In this document: positions 14,365-25,632 of the stretch, piece by piece
How the letters are laid out: each line of letters opens with the position of its first letter
Numbering within the stretch: position 1 is the first letter of the stretch
Assembly (NCBI GenBank): GCA_951406725.2
Contig: OX597818.1
Coordinates: forward strand, 107,012,001 to 107,076,000
Length of the DNA: 64,000 bases
Source: Octopus vulgaris
Lineage: Eukaryota
Reading direction: 5' to 3'
Made by a program: the position numbers and the translations under genes
Notes under the pieces: model-generated
Seen by the model: the letters and a program-made list of their open reading frames with translations, nothing else
The model's database searches: none
What the model was told of the DNA's origin: nothing

Positions 14365-14605
14365 TCTTTTACTTGTTTCAGTCATTTGACTATGGCCATG
14401 CTGGGACACCATCCTGGAGAATTTTTAATTGAATGAACTCCAGTATTTATATTCTTTAAAAATTGCTACTTATTCTATCAGTCTCTTTTGTTGAACTGCT
14501 AAGTAACAGGTGTGTAAACACATCAACACCAGTTTTTAAGTGGAGGAGGAGGAGGCACAAACGCAAACAGACACGCACACACACACACAAACACATTTAT
14601 ACATA

Positions 14606-14640
<35 letters not shown>

Positions 14641-14666
14641 ATATATATATACATGTGTATATATAT

Positions 14667-14703
<37 letters not shown>

Positions 14704-14958
14704 CACACATATATATATATATACACATATATATATACATATATATACATATATATATGTATATATGTATATATGTATATATATATATATATATACTACA
14801 CTCGCGGAGTGGTTGGCGTTAGGAAGGGCATCCAGCTGTAGAAACACTGCCAGATCAGACTGGAGCTTGGAGCAGCCCCTGGCTCCCCAGACCCCGGTCG
14901 AACCGTCCAACCCATGCTAGCATGGAAAACAGACGTTAAACGATGATGATGATGATGA

Positions 14959-15003
<45 letters not shown>

Positions 15004-15125
15004 ATGGACTTCTTCCAGTTTCTGTCTACCAAATCCACTCACAAGGCTTTGATCAACCCAAAGCTACAGTAGAGAACACTTGCCCAAGAGTCCATGCTGT
15101 GGAACTGAACCCATAACCATGAAGT
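14365..15125 (-). mobile_element. family A SINE interrupted by (TA)n expansion and a nested RTE 3' end
   Basis: 3' part 14365-14600 and 5' part 15000-15125 match family A in reverse. Confidence 0.8.
14796..14961 (+). mobile_element. RTE-type 3' end inserted in (TA)n
   Basis: CTACACTCGCGGAGTGGTTGGCGTTAGGAAGGG...AAACGATGATG; (TA)n on both sides. Confidence 0.85.
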
Positions 15126-16066
15126 AGGGAAAGGATCTCTTTCATTCTTGCATTCAGTCTTCTACCGTTTGCTTTGCTTTCTGCTGTTAATAGCAGAATG
15201 AAAGAAAGCAAACCTGGTCTTTGGCTCTGATCCTCAGCTTCATATCAATGACCGCACACTATACTCTTAGTCTGCATGAACCTAATCAAGCTCTGACCTC
15301 AAACTATTAAATGGACATTTCCCCTCACTCATTAGGGATTTTTACTATAATTCTGTGATATTCAAGGAAATTAGTTTTAACTCTTATTCAGTGCCAACAG
15401 TTATGATTAGAATACAAATGCCCAAAACAGCTGCATTTGCATGTTGTAAGGGAAAAGAATACAAAATGTCTCAAACAAGAATTTTAAAATTGGAAAATTC
15501 TGATAAGATACGTTCTTTTTTTTTTTTTGATTATTGGCTCTTAAAGCATTATTTTATTTATTCTTGCCTCATCAATATACTTCATTCATTTTTCTTCAAG
15601 CAGATTTATTGGAGCACATTTTGAAAACTTGATCCTTATCAGCTCATCAGGATAACATTTACCTTTGCAAGGTACGTCATTACTGTTAGAAATGTAAACA
15701 TCAAAATGATTTGAAATGCAAAAAGCGAAAAAACCTTTTGCAGAACCAATATCAATATGATTTCTTTTCCAAAATGTTGTGATATAATCTAATATATTTT
15801 TACAGTTTAATATTAAAATGAAAAAAAAAAATTGAAAAAAGTTTTTATTTTGATATCCAATCAACAGGTAAATATTAAATCTGCAAGTAACATTTGAACT
15901 TGCTTTTATATGATTCCCTACCTTGCAGAATTAGATTTTGGTTTTTTTTTTTTTATGGAATTGTTACTTTAAACAACAAACAGTTAATTCTTCAAACTTT
16001 TCAAGTAATTCTCTTGCTTTCTGCTTTGTTGAAATATTTTTTTTATAGTATTTTGTTTTCCTTCAG

Positions 16067-16502
16067 TTCATCTGAGCTGTCACTAAAAGCTGGTCCCTAC
16101 ATTCTTTCCCACGATTATGTGATCAATCACTGTGCCATGTATGCATGAACAGCTTACTTAGAACTTCCAGAAGCAGGCAGTTATCATACGCTCTGAGAAC
16201 ATGATTTTTGTGATGTCTTCTTTATATTACAACTGGCCTTCTCCATCAATATGTCCAAACAGTAGTTGTCTTCCTAACCACTTCAAATAGAGAAATAAGC
16301 AGATAAACAAATAGACAATACTGAAAATACATTAAATTCACATTATTCTTGCTAAAGTTATATACTTTCATGAAAACAGAAGCTTGTTTCTCAAATCTCA
16401 GGAATCATTGCAAAGTATATTACAAATGAACAACTACTTTCTAGTGCTCTCTTCATTATTAGAAATGTCACTCTATAAAAAGATTTATGTGGGCTGGAAT
16501 TG
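16067..16502 (+). other. candidate spliced exon, mostly non-coding
   Basis: Acceptor TTTTGTTTTCCTTCAG| and donor TG|GTAAGT bound 436 nt of non-repetitive sequence; no recognisable protein. Confidence 0.3.
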
Positions 16503-17204
16503 GTAAGTGTTTGATTTTTCTCCAATTTTATCATTCCTGTTACTTTTTTTCATTAAGTGAGGTTGTCAGCTTTGCTTAAAAAGTGTCTATCTAGTGGTTT
16601 ATCTTAGGAAACTGAGACATTCCGTTATTGTGATATTGTTGTCTAAGAAAACCATGTGAGAAATACAATCTTTTCTGATGAAAATACATCAATTTATACA
16701 GAGTAGTCAGAGTTAAAGTGGAGTAGAAAAATACTTTTGTGTAAAAGATAGATTCCTATAAAATATTCTAGTATAAAGTATAAAAGCAAGGAATGGATTT
16801 TAAAAGAATGGATTAGCTTTATCTAAATAAATTATTAAATGAAAAAAATCTATAATCACTGGTTCCTCCCTCCCTTCCCAATAAAAGAAAGATTCTTCGA
16901 AATCATGATGTAAATGCCATACATGATGATAGCTATCCACTCACGACCAAGGAAGACCATCACTGACCATTAAGAACATAGTGTACTCAGAAAAAAAAAT
17001 CATACTTTACATTACAAGCAGTACAGGTGGCTAACCAGCCCAGCTCTTGATAAACATTACACATGTTCCAGTATTGCAGACCAAGCTTCCCTCATTCATT
17101 ACACTGGTGCGGTACTTTTGAGCAGCTCTCTTGAATTCTGTATAAAAATCAGAAAAAAAACATACATATATACATACGTATGTACATACATGCATACATA
17201 CATG

Positions 17205-17541
17205 TGAAGGCAGATGGCTCAGTGGTTAGAGAGTCAAGCTTACGATCATGAGGTAGTGAGTTTGATTCCTGGACCGGGCTGTGTGTTGTGTTCTTGAGCA
17301 AGACACTTTATTTCACGTTGGTCCAGTTCACTCAGCAGGCAAAAATTAGTTGCGACATCACTGGTGCCAAGCTGTATCAGCCTTTGGCTTTCCCTTAGAT
17401 AACATCGGAGGCATGAGGAGGGAGGCTGGTATGCATGGGCGACTGCTGGTCTTCCATAAATAACCTTGCCTGGACTTGTGCCTCAGAGGGTAACTTTCTA
17501 GATGCAATGCCATAGTCACTCCTGACCAAAGGGGGTCTCTC
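17205..17541 (+). mobile_element. tRNA-derived SINE, family E
   Basis: TGGCTCAGTGGTTAGAG (A box), GAGTTTGATTCC (B box), central GTGTTCTTGAGCAAGACACTT; (CATA)n on both sides. Confidence 0.8.
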
Positions 17542-17674
17542 AACATACATACAAATGCACATTTACACATACAAACATACATACATATATACATACATAC
17601 ATGCATACATACATGCATACATACATGCATACATACATACATACATACATACATACATACATACATACATACAT

Positions 17675-18124
17675 AAGCACAACAGACCTGATATAATGAT
17701 TTGGGGGAGAGAAAAGAGAAACTGTGTACAGTTGTGGAAATCAGTTGCTCAGTAGATCTTAATATAACGCTAAAGACCAGTAAAAAAGACAATACCTGCT
17801 CTGAATTATTGAGAAATCTGCAGTTACTCTATCCAGAATATATGTTCAGATTTATACCTGTAATTAATGGGGCACTGGGACATGTAACACACTGCCTAAA
17901 TAAAAATCTTGAGAAATTAGGCTTCTCAAATCCGGAAAGAAGAAAGCTGATTCAAAGACTAGCCATCACTGGCACTATAAAAATCTGTGAAACTTTCCAG
18001 AAGCTTATCATTTAAGTGTATATGAGCATGTCTAGATATGAAAGTATATGCATGAGAAAGCATACATAAAACATACAAATGTGCACATGCATGTATACAT
18101 ACATACATACATACATACTTACAT
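17675..18124 (+). mobile_element. R4/Dong-like non-LTR retrotransposon 3' end (RLE endonuclease)
   Basis: KHNRPDIMIW...TVVEISC...KTSKKDN...FIPVINGALG, a PD-(D/E)xK RLE signature; stop at 18015, short 3' UTR, then (CATA)n. Confidence 0.85.
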
Positions 18125-19078
18125 AAATGTTGTTATATGGTTGTGAAAAGAAGGAAGACTATAAACCAGACGAGTAACATCTCCATCAATGACTCGATTG
18201 TTTCCCCTGGATCTGATGAGGAATGTTACAGGTATCTTGGGGTGGATGAAAACATATCTTACAATGGCACCTGCAACAGAACATGTTTCACTAAAGAATA
18301 TTACAGCTGGATAAAGAAAATTTGAACCTCAGAACTCTCTGCATTCAATAAAACAGCAGCCCACAACGTGTTTTGGCAGTGCCAATACTCATACCAACAT
18401 TTGGGTTGTTTGATTGGACGCTTGATGAGATCTGAGCCATTGATGTGAAAACCCAGAAGATACTCACAAACACATAATTTCCACATCAACAGTGACGGAG
18501 ACCACTTCTACCTAAAATGAAAACAAAGCAGTAGAGGCTTAACATCGATCAAAAATGCCTTTGAATGTCACATCATATCCATTCGGCAACATCTTTTAAT
18601 CACCAAGTGTCGAAGAGCATCCCTTGACCGAGTTTGCATACATGAGGCTAATTACATCATAAGACTTGGAAGGCAGCTCCATGAGTAGCACTCTTTGTCT
18701 GATAACCTAGAATACATGCCCAAAGAAGTTGCACGACTCTACCGCAACGTATCATCAGATGAAAGGATGAGCATACACGAGCAGAAGACTATGCCTGGAT
18801 GCGTTAATAGAAAGCTCCGTGATGATAGTAACATCGATCATGAAAGCAGTTTATCATTACTACCTTCCACTTCAAAATGTATGTTTTTGCAATCCAGGAA
18901 CAGGAAATCTCAACCGAGTACCCGATGCACGAAAGGGATAGAGATGCAGGAAAAGCAGTAAAATGTGACAACCGATTCAAACTTTGTGGAGTTCACACTG
19001 AAGATATCACCCTTATCATAAGCAGTTGTCTGAAAATGTAATCACAGTATTATCTACCGGTGAGACATGATTTTGTTT
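18125..19078 (+). mobile_element. R4/Dong-like RT C-terminus and CCHC knuckle, pseudogenised
   Basis: KCCY...YRYLGVDENISY...KEYY...SELSAFNK...FAIQEQEIST...RFKLCGVHTEDITLIISSC...RHD, with stops and frameshifts. Confidence 0.85.
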
Positions 19079-19795
19079 CATTAGTAAAGTGTTGTACCTT
19101 GTACCAAGAAGTATTTGAATCAATTGGAACTCCTGCTCTTTCACTTCTTGTGGAATGGACAAATTCCACTAGTCAGATAATCCACCTGCTTTTAGCAACT
19201 GCACCAAAGTGGCCTTGGTATGCTGACATGAAGGCTGTTTAGGTATGCATTGAATCTGATGCATCTGCATAAATATCTTGACCATTGTGATACTGACAGT
19301 GAAAGTGAAAGTAAAGGTGGTTTAGTGGAGAGTCCTTTGTACAACACATCGTTCCGCAGTTTGTCTCCATAACTAAATTGCAATTATGGATCAAGAGCGG
19401 GCAGAGATTAGATGTTTATCATCTTGAATGTTATCAGGCATTCAGGAATCTTGACCAACTTGGCAATATAGTCTGTAGAGAAATGATGCTTATGTTCTAA
19501 AGAAAGTTAAAGGAGGGTATGAAAGATGATAACTTGGGAACAACTCTAGGTTTCATTGAAGAAAGTCGGAGTTGCTACTTCTGCAGAATCTTAAAAGTTC
19601 CCATAAGAAGCTACTCTTAAAAATAAACAACTGCCAAAACTCATTGGCATAACAAACTTATTGTTGGACATATTGTCTTTAAGACAAATCTCAAAGAATT
19701 GCCAGTGGTTATACTTGTGCAGGATTTGCACAAGACAATAAAACAGTTCTGCACTCACCGTGCCTGTGTATTGTAGACTTGTTGATTTATATATA

Positions 19796-20026
19796 TTTCT
19801 TTACTACCCACAAGGGGCTAAACACAGAGGGGACAAACAAGGACAGACAAATGGATTAAGTCGATTTTACATCGACCCCAGTGCGTAGCTGGTACTTAAT
19901 TTATCGACCCCGAAAGGATGAAAGGCAAAGTTGACCTTGGCGGAATTTGAACTCAGAACGTAATGGCAGACAAAATACGGCTACGCATGTCGCCCGGCGT
20001 GTTAACGTTTCTGCCAGCTCACCGCC
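19796..20026 (-). mobile_element. family B SINE monomer
   Basis: Reverse complement of the 13394-13622 unit; TA-rich flanks. Confidence 0.88.
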
Positions 20027-20255
20027 TTTTTGATATATATAAAGTAGTGTCTGTCATGTATAAGTCAGACAAAGCTTTCAGTTGAGTCTAATGGCTAAAA
20101 TCGCCATGTGACCTTCCTTTAGTAGAGAAGGGTTGCTAGCCTTTCTCTTTGATGGCTGACACAGGTGCTTTTGAAATGTTTGATGAAGAAATTTTCCTTC
20201 CCCGTTAAGCTCTCTTCAACATTTTCAAGTACCACTTAAAGAGTAACATGAACAG

Positions 20256-20671
20256 GCGCAGGAGTGGCTGTGTGGTAAGTAGCTTGCTAACCAACCACAC
20301 GGTTCTGGGTTCAGTCCCACTGCGTGGCATCTTGGGCAAGTGTCTTCTGCTATAGCCCCGGGCCGACCAATGCCTTGTGAGTGGATTTGGTAGACGGAAA
20401 CAGAAAGAAGCCTGTCGTATATATGTATATGTATATATATAAGTGTGTGTGTATGTGTTTGTGTGTCTGTGTTTGTCCCCCTAGTATTGCTTGACAACCG
20501 ATGCTGGTGTGTTTAATTTCCTGTAACTTAGCGGTTCGGCAAAAGAAACCGATAGAATAAGTACTGGGCTTACAAAGAATAAGTCCTGGGGTCGAATTGC
20601 TCGACTAAAGGCGGTGCTCCAGCATGGCCGCAGTCAAATGACTGAAACAAGTAAAAGAGTAAAAGAGTAAA
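20256..20671 (+). mobile_element. full-length family A SINE, young-looking
   Basis: GGCGCAGGAGTGGCTGTGTGGTAAG...GGTTCAGTCCC; CpGs retained; (GTAAAAGA)n tail. Confidence 0.9.
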
Positions 20672-20978
20672 GTGAGTGAGAATCCCTTTCAAATGTGTTT
20701 CACAAAACACAGGCAAAATTGCTAGAGTTGAGTGAATCAACAAAATGTCATTAAAGGGGAATAAAGAAACTGAGTAATTTGGAACTTTGAGGGTCGTTTT
20801 TACTCCAATAACCATTCAAGATCTTCCCAATGTTGGGAAAGATTATTTTGTTGATATTTTATTATTGATCTTTCATGTATACTTCACCATATTCCCTCGA
20901 TGTCAGTCCCCCTTTATCTTATATTTTATACTCATATTATTCTCAGCATGCTGGCTGGGGCCTTCTGGTCAACACAAC

Positions 20979-21009
<31 letters not shown>

Positions 21010-21462
21010 TATTATAGCTATTTTTGTGACATTGTTATTTCACTTGTTTTTGTTATTACAACAATAATTTTATTTTTATTTGAATTATTTTGCCATTGTC
21101 AATTATTAATAATAATAATAATTATTATTATTGTCGTCGTATTTGTTGTTGTTGCTATTATCATCATCATTATTATTGTTGTTGTTGTTGTTATTTAGTA
21201 ATTTTCAATTTGTTTTTATTTTTGTGTTGTTCTTATCTTCCAGTAGGGAGAATAAAAGGGTAAAATAGATAATAGTTTAAGTATCTTCCACACGTACATC
21301 TTCTTTGCTTATCAACAATTTGATCTGTTGATAAAGAATTATATTTTAAAAACTGTTATCTTTCCAGCTTCATAAACTACTTCCTAGTTTAAACAAAAAT
21401 AAGAATAAAAAAAATAAAAATAAAATAAAATAAGCATAAACATCATCACCATCACCAATACT

Positions 21463-21494
<32 letters not shown>

Positions 21495-21624
21495 CAGTAT
21501 CAGCAGCAGCAGTCAATAACGTTCATAGCAGCATCAGCAAAAAAGTTACACTCATTCTTCTTATCGTTAGCATTCCCCTACCCTGCCCAGAAAACACCCA
21601 TCTGAAATACATACATAAATATAC

Positions 21625-21693
<69 letters not shown>

Positions 21694-21834
21694 GCACACA
21701 TGCAGACATATAACACATACACACATATGTTTGCATGTATATATATACATATATATATATAGACAAATAACAACTAATATTAGGTTAGATATTAGTTAAA
21801 TGAATCAAACATGTTTTTTTACTTTCTTCATACA

Positions 21835-22017
21835 TTTATGTACACACACACACATACATACATACATACATACATACATACATACATACATACATGTATA
21901 TGCACACACACAGATGCGTAAATGTGTGTATGTGTAGGTGTATGTGCATATATATATATATATATGTATGTATGTATGTTTATTTATATATATACATATC
22001 CATACACACACACACAC

Positions 22018-22053
<36 letters not shown>

Positions 22054-22308
22054 ACATATCATGTGCATGTGAGTGTGCACATGTTTACCTTCTGCTAGAA
22101 ATATAATTGTAATATATGCATAATATGCAAACTTTGGTCTTTCATACAATTGGGAAAATGTTCATATTTCTTGCTGGCAGTAAATATTTTTTTATATTTT
22201 CCTTTTCTTCTCATATAATCAGGTTTGTATGTATGTGTGTGTGCAGTATATATATATATATATATATATCTATATATATATATATATATATATGCATATA
22301 TATGTATA

Positions 22309-22341
<33 letters not shown>

Positions 22342-22404
22342 GCATATATATGTATATATATGTATATATATATATGTATATATATGTATATATGTGTATA
22401 TATA

Positions 22405-22447
<43 letters not shown>

Positions 22448-22690
22448 GTATATATATGTATATATATATATGTATATATATGTATATATATGTATATATA
22501 TGTATATATTTATGTATATATATATATATATGCTTGTATAAGAATATATACATACATAGCCACATATATATACATGTATATATATATATACATACAAATA
22601 TATATATATATATATACACACACATGCTCGCACGCACACTCACACACGCTCGCACTCACACACACATGCGCGCGTGCGCGCACATGCAAG
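21835..22690. repeat. long compound (TA)n/(TACA)n/(CA)n microsatellite region
   Basis: Direct reading. Confidence 0.9.
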
Positions 22691-22879
22691 TAATCATGGT
22701 AGTCTTTTCTCTACAGTGTCATTCACTTTCTATATTCAGGTCTGTATTTCTCAATACATTTGTAAATGTCTTTGCATTCTCTATGCATTTGTCAGGTGGT
22801 GCATGTATATTATGCATACACATATAACTATATGCTCATATAAACACACTCACACGCATACATAACCCCACCCCTGACG

Positions 22880-22916
<37 letters not shown>

Positions 22917-23227
22917 AACACATGCGTAGAGTTGAAGTTAGTGTTTTTAAGATCAAAATGCAAATCGTCAAGTAATATTTACTGGCAAAATCGTTGATAC
23001 AGAGAGGGTGGTGTGTCAATATTTTAACAGACAGAAATTCATATTCTGGCTTTACCACAAACAACAGCCAGTCACACAACGGAATATAAGAGCCCGAAGG
23101 GGTCATAAAGAAGAAGGTTTTGGAAGTAGATGATGAAGTTCTAGAGAACGGCAATGGATGCTGGCAGGGCAACTTTGGTATGAAAGAGGTTGTAGGTTTC
23201 TCTCTTATAATATATACATATATATAT

Positions 23228-23590
23228 CGAAATCGAATTGAACCAGCCAGGATCCCTGGTCTGGTGGTACGTAAAAAGCACTATCCGACTCGTGGCCGAT
23301 GCCAGCGCCGCCTCGACTGGCCTCCGTGCCGGTGGCACGTAAAATACACCAATCCGACTGTGGTCGTTGCCAGCCTCGCCTGGCACCTGTGCAGGTGGCA
23401 CGTAAAAAGCACCCACTACACTCACGGAGTGGTTGGCGTTAGGAAGGACATCCAGCTGTAGAAACATTGCCAGATAAGACTGGAGCCTGGTGCAGCCTTC
23501 TGACTTCCCAGATCCCCGGTCGAACCGTCCAACCCATGCTAGCATGGAGAACGAACGTTAAACGATGATGATGATGATGATGATGATGAT
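23228..23590 (+). mobile_element. RTE-type 3' end with repeated GGTGGCACGTAAAA modules
   Basis: Three module copies, family 3' end, (GAT)n tail, TA flanks. Confidence 0.85.
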
Positions 23591-24112
23591 ATATATGTGT
23601 GTGTGTGTTTGTGTGTGTGTGCCTATTTAAAACTCACTCATGCACACATACATATATCTCAACATGTACACATATATAGATAGATAGATAAATAAATACA
23701 TACATACAGACATATATACATACACACACGTACATACATATATACTTACATACATATATACACACGCATACATACGCGCACACATATTAACATACACACA
23801 CATAGATGCATACATACATACACACATATACACATACATACATAAATACATACATACACACATACACACATACATAGATGCATACACACATATGAACATA
23901 CACACATGCTTACATATATACATACATACACACATACATAGATGCATACACATATATGAATATACACACATGCTTACATATATACATACACACATACATA
24001 AATCCATAAATGCATACATACAAACATACATACAAGCACACACATACACACACAAACACACAGACTCATACATACATAAATACATACTTACGTACATACA
24101 TACATGCATATG

Positions 24113-24887
24113 CAGTCATGACTGTGTGGTTAAGAAGTTTCTTTCTCACTCGCATGGTTCCGGGTTCAGTTCTGCACTGCGCACATTTGGCATTTGTCTT
24201 CTAGAGCAGTGCTATTCAAAGTGGTGGTCCACGCACCAGTGCTGGTCCACGCACCAGTGCTGGTCCACGCACCAGTGCTGGTCCACAAGCCATCAGTTTC
24301 TGGTACACTGCAAGTTTCCAGAGAAGAAGGAAACATTATAAAATGCTAATAAAATGCTTATGTAATATTGTATTACTTGTTTACAAAATAAATGTAAGAT
24401 TAAAAAAAATTGTCGACTTTTATTATATTCATTGTATATATTGTTTCTGGTATAAGAAATATTACTGGTCCTGGCACATTGGGAAAAAAAACAAAAAAAC
24501 TGTAGGTATGCCACTCAGATAATTTGAGAAGCACTGTTCTAGAGAACCCCTCAGCTGACCAAAGCCTTGATTGAAACTGAACAAAGGTATCACTCATATT
24601 TGCTTGTGTATATATGTATAAGTATGTGTATGTACCTGTGTGTGTGTTTGTTTTTGTCTTTTTGTCTTAACATTATATAATAGTTGTAAACAAGCATCAC
24701 CATCATACAAGCAGTGTCGTTCATTTCTAGTCTTCGGTGAAAACATGTCTGGTCAGGGGGAAATATGATCTTACTTGGAAAGAAGTAAGGGTTGGCAACA
24801 AGAAGTCCATCCAGCTCTGGAAAATCTCTCTCAATGAATTCTGTCTGAGCCATGTAAGCATGCAAAAGTGTATCTTAAAACAATAAA

Positions 24888-24915
<28 letters not shown>
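24113..24915 (+). mobile_element. SINE with family A-like head and RTE-like tail, host of a hAT MITE
   Basis: Head TGACTGTGTGGTTAAGAAG...GGGTTCAG; 3' GGGTTGGCAACAAGAAGTCCATCCAGCT...(GAT)n; body also seen at ~39430-39646. Confidence 0.6.
24207..24536. mobile_element. hAT (Charlie-like) MITE
   Basis: TIRs CAGTGCTATTCAAA / TTTGAGAAGCACTG; perfect 8-bp TSD TTCTAGAG at 24199-24206 and 24537-24544. Confidence 0.9.
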
Positions 24916-24919
<4 letters not shown>

Positions 24920-25182
24920 GCAAGCGTGCGTGCACACGTGTGCGTTCGTGTGTGTATATGTAGACACACATGGTCATGTAGTGTTTCTGAACTGCTTCTC
25001 CTTCGATATGATCCTGGATTTCCAAGTGTATATATTTACACAAGAATCTGTTGATACACTTAATGGCAAATTTTTGGTGGAGCACATACAAAAGTATATA
25101 TATATATATATAAATATGTCTACTTATGTGTATATGTGTGTGTGTGTGTGCATATGTATCTATATATATATAGATATATATA

Positions 25183-25218
<36 letters not shown>

Positions 25219-25586
25219 CATACACACCCATACAGACACATGCACACATACACACATACGCACACACACACAAACACACACACACATATATATATATATA
25301 TATTTGAAGCATTCCCTGCACGATTCATTGATTGTGTATATATTGAAACATGTTTTTCTTCTAAATATGGTGATATATATAATTTGATGCTCATAATATA
25401 CATTGTATTTTACAGAACAACATGTTGTTTTCCATTATTCTTATAAATGTGTGAGTATGTGTGTGTTTTGTGTGTGAGAATATACACGTGTGAATGTATG
25501 TATGCATGTATATAAACAAAGAATTCATATGCATGTGTGTATTTGTATATTTGTATGTGGAAAAATGGACATTAAATGATGATGAC

Positions 25587-25632
<46 letters not shown>

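Noticed and set aside
24225-24286. Exact 18-bp repeats resembling a CRISPR array
   Set aside because: No spacers; lies inside a eukaryotic MITE.
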